From contig DYFC01000008.1 in assembly GCA_020725385.1 (NCBI GenBank), positions 1-52,054 on the forward strand: DNA of 52,054 nt. Direction: 5' to 3'. The stretch is from Nitrospira japonica (GTDB taxonomy: Bacteria > Nitrospirota > Thermodesulfovibrionia > Thermodesulfovibrionales > SM23-35). The notes below the pieces were generated by a model. The model was not told the origin of the DNA, did no database searches, and saw nothing but the letters and a program-made list of their open reading frames with translations. How positions within the stretch are numbered: the stretch's first letter is position 1; each line of letters opens with the position of its first letter. Position numbers and translations under genes: made by a program. Positions 18,982-28,432 of this stretch are shown here, one piece after another.

Positions 18982-20661
18982 TTAAATCCTTTTGAGGGAA
19001 TAAACGTATAATTCTGTTTTAAGAGGATTTTCACCTTTAAAGATATTTCCAGGTTTTACGCCAAACATAGGACTTGCTACTACAAGTAAAGTATCTCCAG
19101 AGATTGCATAATCGAAAATAGTACCTTTGATATTATCAATCAATATTCTTTCTTCCATTGACATCCCGTTCCAGAGATAGCTTTTAATCATCGATTTTCT
19201 AACCCCGAGTCCTTTAATCATATTTAAAAAAGGCAGCCTCTCAACTGAAAAAATATTTGCATTCCGAACGAAAATCCTGTCCTTTACTGACCATTCACCT
19301 TTATCAACCATAATAGAGGGTGAAGACTTTTTAAATGTTGCCAAAAAACCTCCGTTGGAACTCTTGCTTTTCCAGAGTTTCATTGCTTTATTGTCATAAA
19401 CACTTAAATATCCTTTTTCATCATATGCAATTGTAAGTTTTCCAAGACGGGTATCATCAAGAAAAACAAAGTCATAGATATTAACACCCTGAGGCAGAGA
19501 TAAGTCACCGGATTTTTTATAACCATTATCCCAGATAATCTGAAAAACAGGACCTACAAAACCATCGGCTTTAGAGAACGCCTGTCCTGCAAGGAAGTTT
19601 TGAATCTTCCTGATGAAAATATTATCTTTATATAAAAGCTTGAATTCAGAACCATTGAATTCATAAATATATGAGACAATTTCATCAGAAGCCATTGAAG
19701 TAACTATTACTTCGGCCTTACCATTATTATTCAGGTCAATTGTATCAACCCAGATGAAATCATCTACTTTCGAACCTTCGATTTTTAAGCCACCGTGTGC
19801 AGGGTTGAGATCTATTTCGAGATTATAAAATCTTACATCTTTATCGGTGATTAAAACGATTTCTTCTTTACCATCACCATCAATATCACCTGTCGAAAGT
19901 AATTTTGCATTAAACGGCAGTTCAATACGTAATGTTTCTTCCTTTTTGCTAAAACTAAAATAGTCTTCTCCAATCTTGAGTTCTTTTGCAAAGGAAGGCG
20001 GGATCACTATTTCTTTTTCTGAAAACAAAATTCCATCAGGAACATAGAACAATTTTTGAATTATTGTTCCTCCTGTATCTCCGGGCTTTTTCGTAAGCAA
20101 CAATGCAACATCAGCATTCTGCTTTCTACCTTCTTCGAGTATTTTTGAAGTATCATCTGTTTCAATGTCAGTATCAATCATATTGAATCTTCCTGTATCC
20201 CTGAGTTTTTTATAATAAGAATCAGAAAGACTCCAGTCAATTCCTTTTGACTGACAGAATAAAAGATTTATTTTAATCTCCGAAATTCTTACTTTATCGC
20301 CTTCACCGGCAGTACCTTGAATAATAATAGCAGTTGAAGTATCATTACCGATTTCTTTTATCTCTATCTTTCCTACAAGAGATTCGAGTCTTCCAAGAAG
20401 TTGTTTGGTAACAGGATGTCTGAAAGGAGCTTCTTCTCTTAAAACATTCAAACGCATTCCAGGGTGCATTGAGTCCTTAGCTCCGATATCTATAGTAACT
20501 TTTCCTTCCCGGACACTAAGAACCTTTCCGCTAACAGGCATAAACATTCCTGCTGTAAAATCTCTTAATGTATCAAGAGGGTTCTTTTCTTCGGAATATA
20601 CAGAATATGGAATTCCAAAAAATAGAATTAATATTAAAAAGAAGCGACATAATAAATTCAT
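18982..20661 (-). CDS. Exported protein with FG-GAP/VCBS-like repeats (probable beta-propeller), function unknown
   Basis: Signal peptide; GDIDGDGKEEIV and IDLNNNGKAEVIV repeats; the N-terminal VTIDIG..HPVTKQLLG segment resembles FlgT C-terminal-like domains (inference); 559 aa. Confidence 0.7.
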   Translation of the reverse strand: MNLLCRFFLILILFFGIPYSVYSEEKNPLDTLRDFTAGMFMPVSGKVLSVREGKVTIDIGAKDSMHPGMRLNVLREEAPFRHPVTKQLLGRLESLVGKIEIKEIGNDTSTAIIIQGTAGEGDKVRISEIKINLLFCQSKGIDWSLSDSYYKKLRDTGRFNMIDTDIETDDTSKILEEGRKQNADVALLLTKKPGDTGGTIIQKLFYVPDGILFSEKEIVIPPSFAKELKIGEDYFSFSKKEETLRIELPFNAKLLSTGDIDGDGKEEIVLITDKDVRFYNLEIDLNPAHGGLKIEGSKVDDFIWVDTIDLNNNGKAEVIVTSMASDEIVSYIYEFNGSEFKLLYKDNIFIRKIQNFLAGQAFSKADGFVGPVFQIIWDNGYKKSGDLSLPQGVNIYDFVFLDDTRLGKLTIAYDEKGYLSVYDNKAMKLWKSKSSNGGFLATFKKSSPSIMVDKGEWSVKDRIFVRNANIFSVERLPFLNMIKGLGVRKSMIKSYLWNGMSMEERILIDNIKGTIFDYAISGDTLLVVASPMFGVKPGNIFKGENPLKTELYVYSLKRI

Positions 20662-20690
20662 AGTTTTCCGTTCCCTCTTTTCTTCACAAT

Positions 20691-21416
20691 TTATCTTCCT
20701 GCTGCAAGCCTTTCAATAAGATATACAGATATGTTATTCATTCGCATTTTTTCCTGAACCCTTTCAATATCATATGGAATTCTTACAATATCTATTCTAT
20801 CATCCTCAACAAAAATACAACATGCCATCGGATTTCCATCCCTTGGCTGTCCAACACTTCCAGCATTAATTATATATCTACTGGCTTTCTTAATAACAGT
20901 ACTATTTTTATAGACTAAAAGTTCACCGGATGGAGTTTTTTCTATAATAAATGGCTGGTGTGAGTGTCCTAAAAAACAAATTTTATTATCAAATGAATAA
21001 AAAGCAATTTCTGCGTCCCTGAGATTTAATATATAATTCCATTCCTGTGGTCGTGAAGGAGTTGAGTGAACAAAAAAACAGTCTTTTTCTGTATCTTCGT
21101 GTACAAGCGGGAATTCTCTCAGAATATTTTTATTATTTTCAGTTACAACATTTTTAGTCCATTCAATCGCTAATCGTGCATAGTCGTTAAAATATGAAAC
21201 ATCGGTCAGCCCTAAAACTGCCCAATCATGATTCCCTGCAAGAAGAACCTTGCAATTATTTGATAATGTCTCAATGCATTCATTCGGGTCAGGACCATAA
21301 CCAACAGCATCACCGATAAAATAAATTTCTTTTATACCTTTTCGTTCTATTTCAGAAAGAACAGATTTGAGGGCTTCGAGATTTCCGTGTACATCTGATA
21401 TTACAGCAAAGCGCAT
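20691..21416 (-). CDS. Calcineurin-like metallophosphoesterase
   Basis: ISDVHGN, GDAVGYG, GNHD, GHSH, NAGSVGQPRDG; TAATG overlap with nusB. Confidence 0.9.
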   Translation of the reverse strand: MRFAVISDVHGNLEALKSVLSEIERKGIKEIYFIGDAVGYGPDPNECIETLSNNCKVLLAGNHDWAVLGLTDVSYFNDYARLAIEWTKNVVTENNKNILREFPLVHEDTEKDCFFVHSTPSRPQEWNYILNLRDAEIAFYSFDNKICFLGHSHQPFIIEKTPSGELLVYKNSTVIKKASRYIINAGSVGQPRDGNPMACCIFVEDDRIDIVRIPYDIERVQEKMRMNNISVYLIERLAAGR

Positions 21417-21826
21417 TAAGTCTTCCCAGCCTCTTTTGCAAGTTTGTCGAGAACTCCGTTCAGAAAAGATATTGATTCAGCAGAGGAATATTTCTTTGCT
21501 ATCTCAAGAGCCTCATTTATAGTAACAGCAGGGGGTATATCCCTGCGAAAAAGCAACTCATATGTTGCGAATCTTAAGATATTTCTATCAACAGCTGCCA
21601 TCCGTTCTATAAACCAATTCTCGGCAACTTTTTCTATCATATTATCGATCTCTCTCAGTTTATCTATTGTGCCTTTAACGAGTTTTTCTGTAAAAACCCG
21701 GACATCGGCCGGCTCATCTTTGTCAGACCAGAACTCTTCGAAATCTTTTTTCTCGAGTGCTCTGTTAATAAACTCTGTTTGAAAAAGTAATTGAAGTGCA
21801 TACTCACGGGCTTTCCTGCGTTTCAT
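21416..21826 (-). CDS. nusB: Transcription antitermination factor NusB
   Basis: RRKAREYALQLLF, DRNILR, INEALEIAKKY, FLNGVLD; follows ribH. Confidence 0.96.
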   Translation of the reverse strand: MKRRKAREYALQLLFQTEFINRALEKKDFEEFWSDKDEPADVRVFTEKLVKGTIDKLREIDNMIEKVAENWFIERMAAVDRNILRFATYELLFRRDIPPAVTINEALEIAKKYSSAESISFLNGVLDKLAKEAGKT

Positions 21827-21837
21827 GATAAATATGA

Positions 21838-22299
21838 TTAAAGCTTTTTTAAAAGCTGTGCCATTTCAATAGCAGTCATAGCAGCATCCCATCCTTTATT
21901 TCCGCTTTTTGTTCCTGCTCTTTCTACAGCCTGCTCGATAGTATCACATGTAAGAACTCCAAAGACAACCGGAACTCCTGTTTCCATTGATGCCATTGCA
22001 ATTCCTTTTGATACTTCTGCCGCGATATATTCAAAATGGGGTGTAGCACCTCTAATTACAGTCCCGAGGCAGATTACTGCATTGAATGTTCCTTTCAAAG
22101 CCATTTTTTTTGCAACCATTGGAATCTCAAAAGAGCCCGGAACTTTTACAACTTCAATGTCTTCATCTTTTGCACCGTGTCTTAACAGAGCATCTTTTGC
22201 TCCTTCAAGGAGCTTACCCGTTATAAATTCGTTAAATCTGCTAAGAACCACCGCAAACTTTAAACCTTTTGCCTGAAGTTCACCTTCAATTATTCTCAT
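21838..22299 (-). CDS. ribH: 6,7-dimethyl-8-ribityllumazine synthase
   Basis: [36 protein letters not shown]. Confidence 0.97.
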   Translation of the reverse strand: MRIIEGELQAKGLKFAVVLSRFNEFITGKLLEGAKDALLRHGAKDEDIEVVKVPGSFEIPMVAKKMALKGTFNAVICLGTVIRGATPHFEYIAAEVSKGIAMASMETGVPVVFGVLTCDTIEQAVERAGTKSGNKGWDAAMTAIEMAQLLKKL

Positions 22300-22311
22300 T
22301 TATCCCTCCTC

Positions 22312-23526
22312 TTATACATTCTCAAGCATGTGTCCCATTTTTTTCTTTTTTGTTTTTAAATATGTAATATTTTTTTCATTTGGATTTATCTCAATAGGAA
22401 CTCTTTCGACTACTTTCAGTCCATATCCCTCGAGTCCTATAATTTTCTTGGGATTATTCGTCATTAATCTCATTTTTCTGACACCAATATCAACAAGCAT
22501 CTGTGCACCTATTCCATAATCTCTTAAATCAGGTTTGAATCCGAGTTTTAAGTTTGCTTCCACTGTATCAAGACCTTTATCCTGAAGTTCATATGCTTTT
22601 AATTTATTTAAAAGACCTATCCCTCTTCCCTCTTGCTTCATATATAGAATTACACCTTTGCCTTCGTTTTTTATCATCTCCATTGCTTTTTGAAGCTGAT
22701 CTCCACAATCGCATCTTTTTGAACCAAAGACATCTCCTGTGAAACATTGTGAATGAACTCTCACAAGCACCTCATCATCTGGTTTTATTTGTCCTTTGAC
22801 TAATGCTATATGGACATTGTCATCAAGTATATTCCCATAAGCTATTGCAGTAAATTCGCCACCAAATTTTGTGGGCATCTTTACTTCCGCAAGTCTTCTT
22901 ACAAAAAGTTCTGTGCGCATTCTGTATTTAATAAGATCTTTAATTGTCACTATCTTTAGATTATGCTTTTTCGCAAATTCCATAAGTTCGGGCACTCTTG
23001 CCATTGTTCCATCGTCACTCATTATTTCACATATAACTCCGGAAGGATTAAGTCTTGCAAGCCGGGCTAAATCCACAGAGCCTTCTGTCTGCCCTGCTCT
23101 CTGAAGAACACCACCGGGCTTTGCTCTAAGAGGGAAAACATGACCTGGACGTGCAAGATCTTCGGGTTTTGTTTTTGGATCGATAGCAGTTAAAATGGTT
23201 CTTGCTCTGTCAGCTGCTGAAATTCCTGTTGTAACACCTTTTTTTGCTTCAATGGAAATAGTGAAAGCTGTGCCAAAAGGTGAAGTGTTATCTTCTGTCA
23301 TCATCGGGAGTTTTAATTCTTCGACTCTCTCTGGAGTAAGTGAAAGACATATCAGACCTCTCCCGTGTTTTGCCATAAAATTTATAGCTTCGGGTGTAAC
23401 TTTTTCTGCTGCCATACATAAATCACCCTCGTTTTCCCTGTCTTCATCATCAACAAGGATAATCATCTTGCCTTTTTCTATATCTTCTATTGCTTCATCA
23501 ATTGTATTGAATTTATATTTTTCCAT
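22312..23526 (-). CDS. ribBA: Bifunctional DHBP synthase / GTP cyclohydrolase II
   Basis: [47 protein letters not shown]. Confidence 0.97.
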   Translation of the reverse strand: MEKYKFNTIDEAIEDIEKGKMIILVDDEDRENEGDLCMAAEKVTPEAINFMAKHGRGLICLSLTPERVEELKLPMMTEDNTSPFGTAFTISIEAKKGVTTGISAADRARTILTAIDPKTKPEDLARPGHVFPLRAKPGGVLQRAGQTEGSVDLARLARLNPSGVICEIMSDDGTMARVPELMEFAKKHNLKIVTIKDLIKYRMRTELFVRRLAEVKMPTKFGGEFTAIAYGNILDDNVHIALVKGQIKPDDEVLVRVHSQCFTGDVFGSKRCDCGDQLQKAMEMIKNEGKGVILYMKQEGRGIGLLNKLKAYELQDKGLDTVEANLKLGFKPDLRDYGIGAQMLVDIGVRKMRLMTNNPKKIIGLEGYGLKVVERVPIEINPNEKNITYLKTKKKKMGHMLENV

Positions 23527-23635
23527 AAAACCAACTCCCTTTTATGATTTTGCTTAAAAGCCAACAAGCTCACAAGTTTGAATACTTAAAAGCTGGCTAA
23601 TTTAAACAATTTACCCAAACAGTGCATTATTATGT

Positions 23636-24286
23636 TCATATATACCCCTCTTTTAATAAAGCTTGCTTTAAGCTTGTGTCCTTTTTATTATCCAATGTTT
23701 CTTTATTTAAAAATTTTGCTACATACTTACCGAGAATATCTGTCTCAAGATTAACTGTATCTCCGGGATTTTTAAATCCAAGTGTTGTAAGTTTAGCTGT
23801 ATGAGGTATTATAATTAATGTGAAACTTTCCTTTAGTATATCAACAACCGTAAGACTTATTCCATCTACAGCAATAGAGCCTTTTCTCACAAGATATTTA
23901 AGAATATCAGGTTCTGCCTGAATCTCAAATTTCAGCATATCACCAAGATTTTCTTTTGATTTTATCTTCCCTGTTGAATCTACATGGCCTGTGACAAAAT
24001 GCCCGCCAATTCTACTGTCCGGAGTCAGTGAAGGCTCAAGATTAACCCTGTCACCTGCTTTAAGGCTACCAAGATTGGTAGCGCGGAGAGTCTCATCAGA
24101 CAGGTCAAATGAAAGTTCATTATTATTGATAGAAACTACTGTAAGGCAGACTCCGTTTATTGCGATGCTGTCTCCTATCTTAGCAGTACCTGCAATAGTT
24201 GGGGTCTTGAGTGAAAGAATCGCTCCGCCTCTTCTTTTCTTAAGAGAAGTTATCTGTCCCATCTCTATTATAATTCCGGTGAACAT
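23636..24286 (-). CDS. ribE: Riboflavin synthase (alpha chain)
   Basis: MFTGII N-terminus, GDSIAINGVCLT, GGHFVTGHVD, KGSIAVDGISLT. Confidence 0.96.
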   Translation of the reverse strand: MFTGIIIEMGQITSLKKRRGGAILSLKTPTIAGTAKIGDSIAINGVCLTVVSINNNELSFDLSDETLRATNLGSLKAGDRVNLEPSLTPDSRIGGHFVTGHVDSTGKIKSKENLGDMLKFEIQAEPDILKYLVRKGSIAVDGISLTVVDILKESFTLIIIPHTAKLTTLGFKNPGDTVNLETDILGKYVAKFLNKETLDNKKDTSLKQALLKEGYI

Positions 24287-24634
24287 TTATTCTTCTATAT
24301 CAATATTAAAAGAAAAATCCTTTTGATATATTCCCAAAAAATCTACCGTTTCATTCCATGAGGTACTTACCTGAACAGTTTTCTCTTTCCTTATGACCGA
24401 GATTGCATCCTCTTCAATCGGAATTTTAAGTTCGTGTGCCCTTTCAAGCAACATTGTTTTTGTTCTTTCAACCTCTCCAAGACCTATTCTCGCTATTTCT
24501 TTTGCATCAGCTTTGAAAGCAGAATAACGATAGTATGGCATACCAACTTTGTAACCTACATACGAACATAGAATAAGAATTATAAGGATTAAGGCAACTT
24601 TTACAAAACCTTTTTCATTTACATTTCTTTTCAT
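24287..24634 (-). CDS. Small membrane-anchored protein (DUF4845-like, pilin-like N-terminus)
   Basis: NEKG-F followed by a hydrophobic helix; ATGA overlap with lepB, a position often held by DUF4845-type genes. Confidence 0.6.
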   Translation of the reverse strand: MKRNVNEKGFVKVALILIILILCSYVGYKVGMPYYRYSAFKADAKEIARIGLGEVERTKTMLLERAHELKIPIEEDAISVIRKEKTVQVSTSWNETVDFLGIYQKDFSFNIDIEE

Positions 24635-25260
24635 TCGATTAACCTCCCTATTCTCTCAAATCTTACTTTATCAAGCCTAAAGAGTGAATAAGAAATATCT
24701 CTCGAAAAATATATAATAAGTGCCTTGCCTTTTATATCCTTCATATCAACAAAACCCCATTCCCTGCTATCCCTGCTATTATCACGATTATCTCCCATAA
24801 CAAAAAATTTATTTCGAGGAACAGTTATAGGGCCAAAATTATCCCTGTTCGGAAAGACAAAATTATCAAAATGTCTTATGTATGGTTCATTCAAAGGTTG
24901 ACCGTTAACATATATTATTTTATCCCTTCCCTCAATAGTATCTCCTTCAATAGCAATAACCCTTTTTATGAAATCCTTCGAAGGGTCAACCGGAAATTTA
25001 AATACAATAATTTCACCCCTATGGGGTTTTCTTATGCCCGGCATCCTGAAAATATTTACATTTGTAAAAGGCACATCTATAGGAGAGCCGAACAGAAATT
25101 TATTTACAAGTATATAATCTCCAACGAGCAAAGTCGGTATCATTGAACCTGAAGGAATTGTAAAAGCCTGTACAACAAAGGCCCTGATAATCAAAGCAAG
25201 AATCAAAGCAGTAAATATAGCTTTTACATATTCCCATAAAAGATTTTTTTTACTTTCCAC
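24631..25260 (-). CDS. lepB: Signal peptidase I
   Basis: IPSGSMIPTL (catalytic Ser), FIKRV (catalytic Lys), MGDNRDNSRDSR. Start placed at GTG 25260, behind SD GGAGG (25272-25268). Confidence 0.95.
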   Translation of the reverse strand: MESKKNLLWEYVKAIFTALILALIIRAFVVQAFTIPSGSMIPTLLVGDYILVNKFLFGSPIDVPFTNVNIFRMPGIRKPHRGEIIVFKFPVDPSKDFIKRVIAIEGDTIEGRDKIIYVNGQPLNEPYIRHFDNFVFPNRDNFGPITVPRNKFFVMGDNRDNSRDSREWGFVDMKDIKGKALIIYFSRDISYSLFRLDKVRFERIGRLIE

Positions 25261-25291
25261 TAAATATCCTCCTGAACATAATATTTTAACA

Positions 25292-26206
25292 CTATCTGTT
25301 AAATACAAGACCCGCAGCGCCTATTATTCCAGCATCATCCATAAGTTCTGATTTTATAATCTCTGTTCTTTTAAATAAATGCTTAAAAGCTCTTTCCGAA
25401 GCAACAGTTATCGCCTCCTTCACATATATATTCCATGCTCCTATCAGACCACCTGTTAAAATAACAGCTTCAGGGCTTAGAATATTTATTATATTCGAAA
25501 TGCCAATCCCGAGAAATTTTCCAGCATTTTTAAATACATCAATTGAAAGCAAATCACCTTCTTTTGCTGCTTTGAATATTTCTTCAGCAGTAATATTTTT
25601 GTAATTATTATTCCGCTCTTTTAAAATGCTATTTCTGCCATTTTCGAGAAAATCAATTGCTGATGAAATAATAGCTGTTGCCGATGCATATGACTCAAGG
25701 CAGCCATAATTTCCACACAAGCACTTTTTACCTTCTGCATTTATACTCATATGTCCGATTTCTGCAGATACATTCATGAGTTTTTTATTATATATAATGC
25801 CTCCGCCAATCCCTGTGCCAAGAGTTAAAAGTACAAAATTAGAAAAATTTCTGCCAGCTCCGGAGCATAACTCTCCATATGCAGCAGCATTTGCATCATT
25901 TTCTATAATGACAGGCACATTAAATCTTGCACCCAGTTTATTTACAAAATCTTCCCCTTCTACTGAAGGCAAATTCGGGGAAACAAGAACAGAACCTTTC
26001 TGATAGTCAATCAATCCCGCTAAAGAAAACCCTATACCTGCTACTTTTTCTGAAAAGAGATTCCCTATGATTTTATAAATTATTGAAATAATATCTCCAG
26101 ATGACTTTTCTTTTATTTTCTGTATTATTTCACCTTTGTTAGAAACTATTGCTGCCCTGATATTTGTGCCGCCAATGTCTATTCCAATAGCATATTTATT
26201 CTTCAT
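25292..26206 (-). CDS. ROK-family sugar kinase (glucokinase-like)
   Basis: GIDIGGT, ENDANAAA, TLGTGIGGG, EIGH..CLCGNYGCLE zinc motif. Start placed at ATG 26206 (MKNKYAIG). Confidence 0.9.
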   Translation of the reverse strand: MKNKYAIGIDIGGTNIRAAIVSNKGEIIQKIKEKSSGDIISIIYKIIGNLFSEKVAGIGFSLAGLIDYQKGSVLVSPNLPSVEGEDFVNKLGARFNVPVIIENDANAAAYGELCSGAGRNFSNFVLLTLGTGIGGGIIYNKKLMNVSAEIGHMSINAEGKKCLCGNYGCLESYASATAIISSAIDFLENGRNSILKERNNNYKNITAEEIFKAAKEGDLLSIDVFKNAGKFLGIGISNIINILSPEAVILTGGLIGAWNIYVKEAITVASERAFKHLFKRTEIIKSELMDDAGIIGAAGLVFNR

Positions 26207-26417
26207 TATTCTCTCTATACACCTCAATAGCAATTTCAGGACACATTCTTGCACACATCGAGCAGCCGGTACATTTTTCCGGGTCAACACAAACAGCAGG
26301 AATAAATCCCTTTCTATTGAAATTTTCTTCCATTAAAATAATTCCAAGAGGACATGCAATCATACAATATTTGCAACCTTTACATAATTCTCTATCAATA
26401 ACTATTTTGCCCTTCAT
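26196..26417 (-). CDS. 2x[4Fe-4S] ferredoxin (KorD/oxoacid oxidoreductase delta-like)
   Basis: CKGCKYCMIACP and CTGCSMCARMCP motifs. Start placed at ATG 26417, 1 nt after the recN stop; 73 aa. Confidence 0.88.
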   Translation of the reverse strand: MKGKIVIDRELCKGCKYCMIACPLGIILMEENFNRKGFIPAVCVDPEKCTGCSMCARMCPEIAIEVYRENNEE

Positions 26418-26418
26418 G

Positions 26419-28104
26419 TTACCCGAATAATCCCGTGTTATTATTTTCTGTAACAACCTTTTTTTCTGTGACTTCAATAAGTTCTCTTACATGTTTCAAG
26501 GATGTTTCGGTTATCTTTCCGCTGAGCATCCTTGCAATCTCATGAAGTCTTTCAGTACCCTCAAGTGTTTTTGTACCGACGAAAATTCTGTTATTTCTTT
26601 CTTTTTTTTCGACTTTAATATGGAAGTCAGCCTTTGCAGCTATCTGGGCAAGATGGGTTGCGCAAAGAACCTGATGTTTCTGAGACAATCTTTTTAGTTT
26701 TCTGGCTACCATCTCAGCGGTCTTGCCACCAATGCCGGCATCAACTTCATCAAAAATTAGAACAGGTATGCGGTCAAAATCAGCAAGCATTGCTTTTAAT
26801 GCAAGCATTACTCTTGAAAGTTCACCTCCTGAAGCTATTTTTGTCAAAGGCTTTGGAGGCTCTCCTATATTTGCTGAAAATAAGTATTCAACCCTATCGA
26901 TTCCGGATGGTGAAATGCTATCTTCTTTAATATCAATTTTAAAAATTGAATTATTAAAAGCAAGGGCTTTCATTTCTTCCATAATTAATCTTGACATTTC
27001 ATCTGCAAACTTCCTTCTTTTTTCAGAAAGAGTTCTTGCTTTTTCCATAAGTATTTTTTCTTTTTTTAAGACTTCTGCCTCATAAAAATCCAATTGTTCA
27101 CTTATCGATTCAAGTTCTTGAAGTTCTCTAATAGCGTTATCTTTGAAACTAAGCGCAGAATCTATTCCTTCACCATATTTCTTTTCAATTTTCTTAATTG
27201 TTTCGAGTCTTTCTTCTACTTCATTAAGACGTTCGGGGTTAATATAATATTTTTCCTTAAAACTTCTGAGTGAAATTACAGCATCATCAATTAAAGGAAT
27301 CGCTGACTCAAGCAGACTCAAAATCTCTTTTGCCTCATTATCTATTGAACTTATCTCTTTTATTTTATTCAGTATAGATGAAAGCTTTTCAGTGCATGAA
27401 CCTTCAGAACCGTAAATCTCATAATAAGCTGCCTCTGATAGTTCTTTTAGTTTGCCTACATTTGATAATATTTGTTTTTCATTTAAAAGCTCTTCTTTTT
27501 CCCCGGGCAATAACCTGGCAGACTCGATTTCCTGTATTTGATATTTTAGAAAATCTATTCTATGTGCCCTGTCCTTTGTTCTTTCTTTGATATCATTAAG
27601 TTTTTCTTTTAAATCTTTGACATCAAAATAAAGCCTTTCAATCTCTTTAACATCTTCACTCAGTCTTCCAAAAGAATCAAGGAAAAAACAGTGTCTTTCA
27701 ATATTCATAAGACTCTGATGTTCATGCTGTCCGTGAATATCAACAATCATCTTGCCAATTTCAGAAAGAGTCTGGAGGCTTACAATTGAATCATTTATAT
27801 AAGCTCTATTCTTGCCGGAGGACGATATATTTCGTCTTATTACAATTCCCTCTGAAAAATCTATTCCTATGTCAGGAAGATTTCTCATGTCAGGATATTC
27901 AAAGAAAGCTTCAACAAAAGCTTCTTTTTCTCCTGTTCTGATTAAGTCAGGTTGTGCTCTGCTGCCAAGAATAAGATTTAAGGAATCAATCAATATTGAT
28001 TTCCCTGCACCTGTTTCTCCTGTCAGAACATTAAGTCCATGATCAAAACTGACTTTAATATCATCAATTATGGCGAGATTTTTTATGTGGAGTTCCTTCA
28101 GCAT
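26419..28104 (-). CDS. recN: DNA repair protein RecN
   Basis: TGETGAGKS, DIHGQHEHQ, ASGGELSR, FDEVDAGIGG, EIARMLSG. Confidence 0.97.
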   Translation of the reverse strand: MLKELHIKNLAIIDDIKVSFDHGLNVLTGETGAGKSILIDSLNLILGSRAQPDLIRTGEKEAFVEAFFEYPDMRNLPDIGIDFSEGIVIRRNISSSGKNRAYINDSIVSLQTLSEIGKMIVDIHGQHEHQSLMNIERHCFFLDSFGRLSEDVKEIERLYFDVKDLKEKLNDIKERTKDRAHRIDFLKYQIQEIESARLLPGEKEELLNEKQILSNVGKLKELSEAAYYEIYGSEGSCTEKLSSILNKIKEISSIDNEAKEILSLLESAIPLIDDAVISLRSFKEKYYINPERLNEVEERLETIKKIEKKYGEGIDSALSFKDNAIRELQELESISEQLDFYEAEVLKKEKILMEKARTLSEKRRKFADEMSRLIMEEMKALAFNNSIFKIDIKEDSISPSGIDRVEYLFSANIGEPPKPLTKIASGGELSRVMLALKAMLADFDRIPVLIFDEVDAGIGGKTAEMVARKLKRLSQKHQVLCATHLAQIAAKADFHIKVEKKERNNRIFVGTKTLEGTERLHEIARMLSGKITETSLKHVRELIEVTEKKVVTENNNTGLFG

Positions 28105-28389
28105 TCATATTGTATGTTTTACAGTAAATTCTTTTTCTTCACCTGTATATTGTTGCCAGTTAACTTCGATATTAGTAACCCTTGATGCCGGCGGGCCTAT
28201 ATAACATTGTTTTATTGCCATTTCAATAACTTTTTTATCACCTTCAAAAACAGCTTCAACTCTACCATCCCTAAGATTTCTCACCCAGCCTTTTAGTCCG
28301 AGAGATTCTGCAAGGTCCTGCGTAAATCCTCTAAAAAATACTCCTTGCACCCTTCCATCAATATATAAATGTGCTCTCGCTTTCTCCAT
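28105..28389 (-). CDS. acyP: Acylphosphatase
   Basis: GRVQGVFFR and GWVRN motifs; GPP; 94 aa. Confidence 0.95.
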   Translation of the reverse strand: MEKARAHLYIDGRVQGVFFRGFTQDLAESLGLKGWVRNLRDGRVEAVFEGDKKVIEMAIKQCYIGPPASRVTNIEVNWQQYTGEEKEFTVKHTI

Positions 28390-28397
28390 AATCTAAA

Positions 28398-28406
28398 ATT
28401 ATAGCA
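28398..28406 (-). promoter_or_regulatory. Extended -10 promoter for acyP (near-leaderless)
   Basis: Minus strand TGCTATAAT, 8 nt, then ATG (28389); no SD. Confidence 0.55.
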
Positions 28407-28432
28407 TATTATTATTTTATCCAAAAACAGGT

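Noticed and set aside
23527-23635. FMN riboswitch or regulatory repeat in the ribE-ribBA gap (CTTAAAAGC twice)
   Set aside because: No FMN aptamer consensus (AGGGCGGGG..AATTCCC..CCGAC). The 9-mer repeat is unremarkable in AT-rich DNA.
24631-26477. Longer starts in the ORF track for lepB (25308), ROK kinase (26290) and ferredoxin (26477)
   Set aside because: The extensions overlap upstream genes. The downstream starts (25260, 26206, 26417) match domain boundaries and SD or coupling positions.
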